In this document: positions 1 through 11,246 of the stretch, one piece after another | How the letters are laid out: every line of letters starts with the position of its first letter | Position numbering within the stretch: position 1 is the first letter of the stretch | Position numbers and translations under genes: made by a program | The notes under the pieces: generated by a model | The model's database searches: none | What the model saw: the letters and a program-made list of their open reading frames with translations, nothing else | Told to the model about the DNA's origin: nothing | Assembly (NCBI RefSeq): GCF_001194135.2 | Contig: NC_068982.1 | Location: 166,994,159 to 167,051,409, forward strand | Reading direction: 5' to 3' | Source: Octopus bimaculoides | Lineage: Eukaryota | DNA length: 57,251 nt

Positions 1-359
1 GGACGTTAAACGATGATGATGATGATCATCATCATCATCATCATCATCCTCATTACCATCATCTAATATCTACTTTTCTGTGCTTGCATGGATCAGACAC
101 AGATTTTTGAGGCAGATTTTCTATGGCTAGATGCCCTTCTTGTTACTAGCCCTCACCTGTTCCCAAAGAAGATAACAAAATAATACTTCCTCTAGTCCTC
201 CAAATACAGAAAGCTCGATGGCTGGACATTTTTCATGGAAGAATGCAAATGAACAGTACACATTGTATAGAGGTGATGTTTATTTCCAATTTGTATGAAT
301 TGTCAAGACAAGAAGACATGAACATACACACACACATATGTATATATATATATGTGTGT

Positions 360-1055
360 CTTTGAAGACCTGTGAATGATGTAAGACCTTTGACAGTGTG
401 CAGCAGTAGACACGAAAGAAGCACTCCAGCTGATTAGGGTGCACAGTGTACACCCGCCTGATGGCCCCACTTCTGAAGATGGCATCTTCTTCCCAACCCT
501 CAACACTTGCTCCTTGCTTGCATGTTCCATCTATTGTGTGACCAGGTAGAGTATATAGGATCTTCAACACACAACAGCGTTCAGGTAATCAGATCATATT
601 GGCATAATTTGAAGAAAGCTGTCAAAGTGGTTTCTGGTGGAGTCAGAACTACGTTTCAAGTATTGTCTTCTGTGAAATATTCACACAAGCCATCTTCAAG
701 ATGTACAGATAGATTTACCACTTTTGGATGCCGCTCATGGATTTCAAAGCCCAGGATGTGCCACATTGCCTCGTTAGAAGAATTATACCTGCTCAACTTG
801 TATTGCTGAATTTCATGTGCCTGCCTGCATTCTTGTTCAAGTCCAAAAACCGCCATATCTGAGCCCTTATTGATGCATTTACATACATATTTAATACTCT
901 TTATAGAGTTGCATGACTCAACAATAACATGGGTCTGCAGTGTTTTAGACAGCAATGAGTTGTAGGACATGATCCGCCTGTTGTCAGTTTCCATCTCTTG
1001 ACCATTAACTTTGAGCTTGGTAGTGTTTCCATCATCTTCTGGTTTTCGGTAGAAA
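360..1055 (-). mobile_element. Degenerate Helitron Rep fragment
   Basis: Peptides KSIKYVCKCINKGSDMA, RYNSSNEAMWHILGFEIHERHPKVVNLSVHLEDG and RRVYTVHPNQLECFF match the Helitron RepHel region after the HUH motifs; frames are broken. Confidence 0.82.
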
Positions 1056-1736
1056 GAGTTATTATTGGTATTTCTGTTTAAATTTTTCTTTATTTTTTCA
1101 TTATTTTGCTGTTTATTATTATTATTATTGAGTGAGAGAACAGCACATGCCATCAAAGTGACACTGGGGTACAAATATACAAAGCCCAGTGTACCCATCA
1201 TGTCTACCCATCTGATAAGGGTACACCGGGCAAATGCATCACAACAATATGTGCACAACATGGTGATCTTGTATCAAGATAAACAGCATATGACCTTGCA
1301 GTAGGTGCCCAGTTAGAATTTCCTTCAGGTGAAGTAGCTCATTCAACTCAAAAGATCCCTAAATAGGGGTTAAGGATGATGAATGAAACACCCATATTTC
1401 CAGGTGAATTATTCAAACCCCAAAGAATTCCTTTCAACACAATGGTTATGATGCTCTCCCACTACTTCTGCTCATGATCAGAGATGCACATATCGTCAGC
1501 CACTAAGGGACATGCTCAACTGGTTACAGTCAAGCAAATCTGTGGTATTGAGCAGAGTATTTGCAGTAGCTCATCTTTTACACCAAGGCAAAACAAGGTA
1601 CATGATAACACTATCAATCAGTTAAGATCAAAAGCCATGAGAGCCACTGCCTGGTACAGTATCAGGGCATTTATTATTATTATTATTGTTATTGTTATTA
1701 TTATTATTATTAGGGTGGCAAGCTGGCAGAACCATT

Positions 1737-2312
1737 ACTACACTGGATAAAATGCTAGAATGGCACTCTAAGTTCAAATTCCACCAAGGCCAACTTTGCC
1801 TTTCATCCTTTTGGGGTTGTTAAAATAAGTAATTCTCAATAATTAGGGTCTAATTGACTTACCATTGCCCTCAAAAACTGCTGGCCCTGTGCCAATATTT
1901 GAAACCATTATTAGAATTGTAAGCACACCAGGCAAAATGCTTAGTGATAGTTCATCTGTCTTTACATTATGAGTTAAAATTCAGCCGAGGTGGACTTAGC
2001 CTTTCATCCCTTCCAGAGTCAATAGGTATCAGCTGAACACTGGGGTTGATGTAATCAATTTACCACCCTCTCCCGAAATTACTGTCCTTATGCTAAAATT
2101 TGAAACCATTATTATTATTTGTTAGCACACCAGACAAAATTCTTAGCAGCATTTCTTCTGGTTTTACAGTTTGAGTCCAAATGCTTCCGAGATCAACTTT
2201 ACCTTTCATCTTTTCAGAGTTTGTTAAATAAGTACCAACTGAGCACTGGTAATTGACTTAGCTGTCCCCTAAAAAACATTGCTGGCCTTGTGCCAAAATT
2301 TGAAATCATTAT
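1737..2312 (+). mobile_element. Three tandem degenerate copies (~190-200 bp) of a SINE body with a Nin-domain-like core
   Basis: Each unit has cacaccag..aaaatgcttag, gcctttcatcc, aataag(t)acca and ends aaaatttgaaac/tcattatt. Confidence 0.65.
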
Positions 2313-3282
2313 TAATACTACTACTGATATTATATGCATTGTCCCGAGGACCTTCTTTTTTTTTCTCCAACCCCATCACATTCCCGTCTTATGCTCTCTC
2401 ACCTTCTCTTTCTATTCTCCTATGATAATTGAACTGTTCTTATTTACATACTGGTGTAAACAGAGACCTATATCTTTCTCAGTACTGTACTTTTGCTGAG
2501 TAATGCCAATGAATGGCGTCAGAAGCATTAGTTCACATAACCAAGATTTATACTGATGTAATTAATGTTTTGGCAGGTTTTATAACACACATGTACATAA
2601 TATAAAGCTTTAATATCAATCACGTTTTCTGTGCTCCTTTTTTTATACAATGTATGAACCCCATTGGTTCAAGATTATATACATGAAGAGGGCTGAGAGC
2701 TAATCAAATGAAGTTTCAGTACGTTACTCAAATTTCATTTATCAACTCCAGAGGGATCAAACTCAGACAGGGTCAATGTTGACCTTGGTGCTCTAAAATT
2801 TCCATCACACAACAACTTTATTAAGAGAGAAATACAAAAAAAGGGATGCAAAAGTCTGTATCAAAATATAGAAAATATAATTTATTTTTTCTTTCATTGA
2901 TTTTTTTATTAATGATTTAGTGATGAACAATGTTTCATTATATACAAAAATGATCTGGAAACATCCCAGGTACACAAATAAACCACAGATACTATCTGAA
3001 TAACACAGAAAACATCACTCCAACAGATACAAGGAAATATTTTAAAAAATCAATATTTCATTGAATAGAATGTTTAGTTGAGGCAATATCACCTTCATGT
3101 CTCATCAGAGAAAAGTCAGTTTTACCCTGTGAAGCTTAACTTCAGTTCAAGACAAAGCAAGAGGAAATTGACAGACTAGAAAATCCAAGCATCTCAACTA
3201 GGTGCAACTTAGAAATGCTTTTGAAAATAACCTTATATATATTTGCAGTTGTTGCCAGTTCCCAATTTAATAGTTCTCACAA

Positions 3283-3371
3283 TTAGATTGGAGCCTGGTG
3301 TTGCCATCCAGTTTCACCAGTCCTCAGTCAAATCGTCCAACCCATGCTAGCATGGAAAGCGGACGTTAAAC

Positions 3372-3402
<31 letters not shown>
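3283..3402 (+). mobile_element. RTE LINE 3'-end fragment with (GAT)n tail
   Basis: Same terminal sequence as 20200-20323. Another tail end is at 1-27. Confidence 0.8.
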
Positions 3403-4261
3403 TAATCCAAACTAGAATAATCAAATGGCTGCTAATCATCCAATGATAATCAGCCATACATAGAAGTTCATCATAATCATCATCCTTTAACATCCGTTTT
3501 CCATGCTGGCATGTATTGGACAGTGGCATCATTCAGTGTTAAATGTCTGAATGATTTAATACAATCAATGAATGAATTAATGAATGAATATGTGCTTATG
3601 TATGTCCACATGTATTCATGTCTTGGACCCTGACAAACCGTCCAACCCATGCTGTATGACAGAGGGACTGAAACACCCATTCACTGAGTCTACCAACTTA
3701 ACCCACCCCATTTTGAATACCATTCTGTCCCCTACTCTGCTCCACACTAATCACTGGCATCACTCTCTCCCTTCTCCTAGGTCTCTTTTCCTTCCACCTC
3801 AATACAGTTTGCAGTGCTATTGTCTCCATCATCACGCTCTCACAATATATCTTTCCCAGCCTTCATGAGGGCAAGGTGAACCAACACAATTGTGCTGGTG
3901 CCAAAAAGCACCCAGTACAAACTGTAAGTGATTGGTATTCAATTTGAGCAGTAACAATGCAGGGCTTTATGAGCTGTATGAGCAAAGCAACCTCTATAGC
4001 ACTGGTACAATAAAAATATGCACTCAATACACTCTGTAAAGTGACTGGTATTAGGAAGAACAAGCCATAGAAACTATGCCAAAAATGAAACATTGAAGCA
4101 AGTTCAGGCTCTCTAATCCACTGAATCATGTAGAGTCATCCTACCCATGGAAAAAACAAATGTGACATAAAATGATGATGCATGTGTGCGTATGTGTACG
4201 AGTGTGCATGCACATGCATACATGTGTAAAAAGACACACACACACACACACATATATATAC

Positions 4262-4302
<41 letters not shown>

Positions 4303-4308
<6 letters not shown>

Positions 4309-4450
4309 CTGCCAAATCAGATTGGAGCCTGGTGCAGCCATCTGGTTTTACCAGTCTTCAATCAAATCGTCCAACCTATGCTAGCATGGAAAGCGGACGT
4401 TAAACGATGATGATAATGATGATAATGATGATGATGATGATGATGATGAT
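4303..4450 (+). mobile_element. RTE LINE 3'-end fragment with (GAT)n tail followed by (TA)n
   Basis: Shared terminal sequence. Confidence 0.8.
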
Positions 4451-4543
<93 letters not shown>

Positions 4544-4561
4544 AAAATGAAAAGGAATAGC

Positions 4562-4658
4562 TTTTCTGATAATTTTTCCACTTTAATAATTAGATGTTTA
4601 TAAATACCTAATGATTTATAAACATCTGATTATTAAAGTGGAAAAAATTATCAGAAAA
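4562..4658. repeat. Near-perfect 44/45-bp inverted repeat with an 8-nt loop
   Basis: Arms 4562-4605 and 4614-4658; one 1-nt indel and one T/C difference. Confidence 0.9.
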
Positions 4659-5226
4659 TCCATTCTTAATCATTTTTTAGATGTACAATACTGTACCAAG
4701 GACTTCCTATTTCTGATTTATATATATATGTAGATATGATAATTCCAGACAGTAGATTGAATCTACAAACATATTTTCAACAATCTCACTAGGTGGGAGA
4801 ACAGCTCAATGTACTGAAGAAGGCTAACTTAGCCTAAACAGCTACCACATGTTTAACACACTAACTCTAAAAACAGCCCCAAGAAACTAACTAAATGGAT
4901 TTAAATATTTAGACAACCTCACTACTAAGCTGACTTAATGGAGACCACTTCCATAATCTAAGTGGGCCTAGAGAAACAACTCAGTAGACTAAGGAAGACT
5001 AACTTAAAAGAGATTATTTCCATAAGCTTAGTGAGGCATCTCAATAGAGTCAACTCATTAATAAAAATTGAACATCAACTGCATCAATCTCACAGTTTGG
5101 GAGGGTTTGCAAGGGTGAAGAACACTGGCCTTCTTTTGACAAACACTCCCTAATCTCAAACAGCATCTGAGAGTTTATTTGTCCCCCTTTGAATTCTCTC
5201 TCTCTCTCTTTCTTTCTCTCCTTTTA

Positions 5227-5451
5227 TCATGAAGATTCATCACTTTCTTGGTTTTCCTCTTCGCTACTTTCCTCCTCTTCATCTTCTTCCCCTTCTTCAT
5301 CTTCTTCCCCTTCTTCATCTGTTTCAACCTGATCTTCTTCCACTTGTTTCTGTTTCCATTTCTTTGCCATTGCCAGCAGCTTGAGGTTTGGCTGTGAAGC
5401 TTCTTCTTCAGGGAAGATGTAATCATAATATTCTTCCCAACCAGCATGAGA
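5227..5451 (-). CDS. CRNKL1: CRNKL1 last coding exon ([17 protein letters not shown]...acidic tail, stop)
   Basis: tcacag acceptor; TGA at 5227-5229; candidate AATAAA at 5179-5174 on the minus strand. Confidence 0.95.
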   Translation of the reverse strand, partial: SHAGWEEYYDYIFPEEEASQPNLKLLAMAKKWKQKQVEEDQVETDEEGEEDEEGEEDEEEESSEEENQESDESS

Positions 5452-5671
5452 CTGTGAAGGCAATAAATAAAAACAAAGTGAGCATTAAGTTATTCCATCA
5501 AAACATGAAAGGATCAATATGGGAGGGGGGAGATATAGACATATAATGGAGTACAAACTAAAAATCAACTTCAGAACACAAGCTACAGGTTATAGGAAAT
5601 AAGCTAAAAGTATGTCAGAGATAACTGATGAGGAGATATAAGAAGCAGGTCAATAACAAACAAATATTGAG

Positions 5672-5707
<36 letters not shown>

Positions 5708-8700
5708 TGTGTGTGTGTGTGTCTGTGTGTGTGTGTGTCTGTGTGTGTGTGTGTGTGTCTGTGTGTGTGTTTAATGACCCACAAACAAGTACAAAGAAGA
5801 TGCAAAGGATGAAAAGTGTCTGGGTGAATCTTTGCTTCTATATCTTCGTTTCATTATACTGCAGCTGTAACAGTTACATTTTGCTGCAATAGACTGCCAA
5901 GTATCCAACTTTTGTGGTTAAGGATAGTAAGACTGTCTTAGATCCCAAACATTTGAGAATAGTAAAGTTGAATGTTCTGCCAGTTTCATCATTTTCCAGT
6001 GATTTAATCCATAGATTTTATATATTTGTCTTTGTCTATGAAACCAGCCTTCTTGCAACCATTCATGAATTGATGTAGATTAGGACTAAAGGTAAGGTCA
6101 AAACTGAGAAATAAAATAAATCAGTAAGATCCACTTCATGACAACATTTACTATATAAGAAGTTGCTTGTAATATTTTCCTTCTAGAAGAAAATTCACTT
6201 CATGCAAGAATCATCACTGATTCCACAATATTGCATAAAAATAAATAGACAATTTTTTTTCTACTAAAGTAACTTACTCCATCTTCAGACTCAATCTTCC
6301 GACGTTTCTTGATTTTCTGAGGCATTTGTTTTTCGACAACTTTCAATGAATTAATATCACCAGCCTCCTTCTGCAAAAGGTTAAAAAGAAGATAATTTCA
6401 GAAACAAGGCAAGCAGTACAATTATCATCACCACCACCACCACCACCACCACCACCACCATCAACGTTTAACATCCACCATTCACACTGGCATGGGTGGA
6501 ACAGTTTGACAGGAGCCAGCCAGGCAGAAACCTGCACCAGACTTCTGTGACTGTTTTGGCAGGATTCTTACAGCTGGATGCCCTTCCTAACACCACCCAT
6601 CCAGCAGAGTAGACTTAATGCTTTTTACGTAGCAAAAGCACAGACGAGGTCAGTTTTGGCAAGGTTTTTACAGCCGGATGCTCCTCGAAATGCCAACCAC
6701 TTTACAGTGTGGACTGGATGCTTTTTATCATCATCATCATCATCATCATCGTTTAACGTCCGCTTTCCATGCTAGCATGGGTTGGACGATTTGACTGAGG
6801 ACTGGTGAAACCGGATGGCAACACCAGGCTCCAGTCTGATTTGGCAGAGTTTCTACAGCTGGATGCCCTTCCTAACGCCAACCACTCAGAGAGTGGAGTG
6901 GGTGCTTTTACATGTCACCCGCACGAAAACGGCCACGCTCGAAATGGTGTCTTTTATGTGCCACCCGCACAAGCCAGTCCAGGGGCACTGGCAACGATCT
7001 CGCTCGAAAATCCTACAGGAGCCAGTCAGGCGGTACTGGCAACGGCCACGCTCAAAATGGTGCATCTCAATGAAGATAAATTTAGCATAACAGAAAATAA
7101 AAGAGTTTCAGTTTAAAGTTAAATAAGATGCAATAAGTTTAAAATACTTAACACTTTGAAATTCTTTCATTCATTGTTTTAACATGGAAGTTGCTCCTTT
7201 AATGACTTTAAATTATAAATCTTAAAACATTTCTGAACTAAAATGTGAAAATGATGACATGCAGTTTTTCTTTATTTATTTAGACATTTTCCAACCAAGT
7301 AGAAGAGTGCATATTTCACAATCCAAGCCAGAGGAAAAGTTATAAAAATAGGTTGAAATGTTCTAACTCTACAGAAATTGTGTTGTTAAACATGGAAAGA
7401 TAAAATTTTATACAAAAGGAGAACAAAGGGTATGTTTTGTGAGTATGTGTTTTCACCCACATACTTACTTCATGTTTTCTACTTATTTCAAATACTATAA
7501 TGACTATAATAGAGACATTACTACCAGATCTGATTAAAACTGCACAACACAATCAATGTAAACTTTATGGTCAATTTTCCTGCAATAGTACAATACCTTT
7601 TGTGCACCCACCACACTGATGGCACTTGCCAGTAGAATAATATAAATTATCATAAAAGGAAAACAATGATGGAATAAAAGTATAAGGTCCTACCTCAAAG
7701 TCAAACCAAGATTCCAACAACATTACACGTTCTTCCTTTTCTTCAGCTGTCTTCAATGATTTATTTGCATCCATATAAACACCACGAGCATTTTTTATGG
7801 ATTGACTACCAGGAAGTGACATTTCAAAATGAGCAAAACTTATCCACACCTATATCACAAGATAGAAAGATATTCAATATCAGTGGCAATGACTTTCATA
7901 ACTAAAATATCTTTAGATTAAATATCAGCGCAATACTCCCAATACAATGTGTCCTCATAGAAAGTTTCCCCTACACTCCAACAACACATTTCACCAATAC
8001 TTCTATAATTACTTTTTCTTAAGACACCATCAGACAATTCAGACTAGGATTATTCAACAAAAATTTACTAGAATTAAGCCTCTGGAAGCCAATGATTCAG
8101 CTGTTTCATAGAAGAAAAAAAACAGTAAAGATCTAAAGGAGACATTATCAAGTGAGGACAAAAGTGTCTTACATCCTCTATTCTGCATAAGTCACACATA
8201 CCTTTACATGTTGAGTCCTTTGTAATAGACGCCGGTAGAGGTTCCGTGTACGACCATATTCTTCTTGGTCAAATTCATAATCAATATAAGATTTCCAAAG
8301 GACCTCAGGCATGTCTAGCTTCGGTTGGTTGATGGCTAATTCATATATTGCTCTTGTCCGCTCACTGTCACCCAAAATGGCTTCTAATTCTGCATACTAA
8401 AATACAAAAATACAAGAGTAAATGGTTTTATTAAACAAGTTATGGAAGCCTAGAAGAGTGAAAGAGATATAAAATGTGTTCTTTTAATTCAATTTATTAA
8501 TTCAAACATTTTGGGGGAAAATTTCAAGTGTTGAAGTTATAAAATATCTCTACATGGCAACATAGTAGTGTTATGAAGCATCAGAAAGAAAAGTTAAGGA
8601 CTATAAAGAGAAGAAATAGCTGCTATAAATAAAAAGTACCAGCATTGCCTTCTAGCACTTGTGCTGGTGGCACGTTAGAAAATCATTCGAGCGAGGTCGT

Positions 8701-11172
8701 TGCCAGTGCCGCTGGACTGGCTCCCGTGCAGGTGGCATGTAAAAAACACCTTTTTTGAGCGTGGCCATTGCCAGTATTGTGTAACAGGCCCCCTCATGCC
8801 GGTGGCACGTAAAAGCATCCACTACACTCTTGGAGTGGTTGGCTTTAGTAAGGGCATCCAGCAGTAGAAACTTTGCCAAATCAGATTGGAGTCTGGTGCA
8901 GCCTTCTGGCTTGCCAGTCCTCAGTCAAATCGTCCAACCCATGCTAGCATGGAAAGCGGACATAAAACGATGATGAAGATGATGATGATGAATATCTCAA
9001 TCAATCACAGGGAATATTCCCAAAGGATCTGGTTCCTATTTTCCTACAGTTAAGTGAATTCAAGTATGCAAAATGAAGTGTTCAGCTTAGAAATATCATC
9101 TTTTTATGTCATAGATAACTTCCACTGTCAGCACATGACTTTTTCATTTACATAGTGTCAATCATGCATTAAAAAAAGCAGTAAATTGCTTACCTTCATC
9201 CAGGTCATACAGTTCTCTGGACCAAATTCCAAGAATTTTTCATAGAGTATACGACATCGGTCAAAGTCTCTCAACTGAATCTCCAGATCAATATAACCAC
9301 GGAATAGCTTATTTTTGGGACACTTCCCTAATGAAACACCCTGTAATACAATATTTTGAAAAATATTCATTCCTCTAATATATATTTTTAAAAAAAGGTT
9401 ATACAGTAACAAAAGTCATCAAGCACCAGAGCAGCTATATTATATTTTATGTTGAACTCTTGTCAAGGCTGACTTTAACTTTCATCGCTACAAGGTTGAA
9501 AAAACAAACACCAGTAGTTTACTAGGAGTGGATTCTATTGACAATATCTCTTTCTTATACATTTGTGACTCTGAGCAAAGGAGAGAAATCAACTAATATT
9601 TTTAATGGGATTCATCTAGTTATTTTATTAAAACTAGCAAGTATAGATGATACAGAGAATGTAAAAATAAGTTTATAGTAAAATAATAAGTTAAGGGAAA
9701 TCACAGAATATACAATTTCACAAATAAAATGATAAAGGATCAAGGTTCAATTTAATAACAGGAAAATGACAACAGCAAACACCAACGATTGTTCATGCAA
9801 TTGTAGAATGTAAAAATTTTGACAGACAGACACTTGACTACCCATTTTTTTATCAAACAAAATTATTCAGTATATCCTTTTCTTATTAAGGATATAGGGT
9901 GCAATTTTAAAGAGATTATATATTATTATTATTTGCAGCTTGTTTGAAGAGTAGTAGAGGACTAAATTGTCATGTGTTTTTGCTTCTTAATCTACTGAAG
10001 TATAAAACATTGTATTTGAGAAACGTTAACTGTCTCAACCAACCCGCCTTATTGTTAATTTAAACAGAATCTTATGGTCAGAGCATCTTAGAGCAAATGG
10101 TATGTCTTAACCGAATCCCAATGCACCATAGCTACACTGCAAATTTGTGGAAACGAGATTACCTTCGTGAAATGCATCAACACAGCACAATCTTCAAGAA
10201 CATTATGTAAATGTTTCTTAAGACTTACCAGAATTTTACGAGCAGCTTGAAGATTTTTTTGTCGAATTTCAAACTGTGCAAATAACAGCCAAATTTTTGC
10301 AAAGGTGAATTTTCTGTGAGGAATTACTTCTAAGGCAGCATTGTACACTGCACGGACCCTGTCAGCATCCATACAATCTAACTCTTCAAAGAAAGCATAC
10401 ATGATCCACAAATATATGTAACGGCGCCAGTGTCGTTTATCCTGTAATCAGATAAGATTATTATTAGAAAGGATAAAGTTACCACAGTGATAAGGATAGA
10501 GGGAGATAGTCTTTGTTTTGTTTCCTTTTTCATGCTACAATCAATGAAGAAAACATTATGTTTTTGCAACTTTATACATTGGCATATGAACTGAACAGAA
10601 GAAAATGAAGAAAGAGAACACAAAAGACAGAAGAAATAAAGGTAACACTGAAAATAATTCTGCTGTTTATGTCTTAAAACTAAGGACTACATCCGAAATT
10701 AATAAAGCCAGGTTGACTATCACAAGAAACTAGAACACAAAGAAACATGACTGACATTTTATACGTGTAGCTTTGAAGTGGCTAACTTGCAGGTTATTCT
10801 CAAGAGATTAAACCAACTACCTCTACTTCAAAATAACAAATCAAAAGACAAGCAAAATCCCTCAAAATCATCATTTAATGTGTCTTTTTCTATGCTAGTA
10901 TAGGGTGAACTGATGTAATAGAGGGCAGCACCAAACTCCAATGTCTGATTTGGTATGGTTTCTATAGTTCGATGCCTTTTCTAATACCAACCACTTCACA
11001 GAGTGCACTGGATGTCCTTTCCATGGCACAGGCACTGGTGAGATCACTAAGTACTTACAAGACAAGACCCTTCAACAGTGTGGGATATAGTATTGAGGGA
11101 TATGAAAGTAGGGATAGGACTAGGTGTCTTGCTGAAGTGTTGAAAACATGGCAAGAGAGAGAGAGGGAGAGG

Positions 11173-11246
<74 letters not shown>

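Noticed and set aside
4141-4581. ORF-track ORFs rich in YI/CV/ER/LS repeats (also 5677, 10972-11343, 28675-29279, 29621-30138, 53043-53476)
   Set aside because: Translations of microsatellites and low-complexity DNA.
5625-5660. CUGAUGA core matches (also minus strand near 3100 and 42945, plus strand near 50935)
   Set aside because: No stem II followed by GAAA and NUH; chance heptamers.
10075-10200. Possible C/D snoRNA in intron 11 (UUGAUGC...CUGA)
   Set aside because: Degenerate C box, no terminal stem, and no guide target I can recognise.
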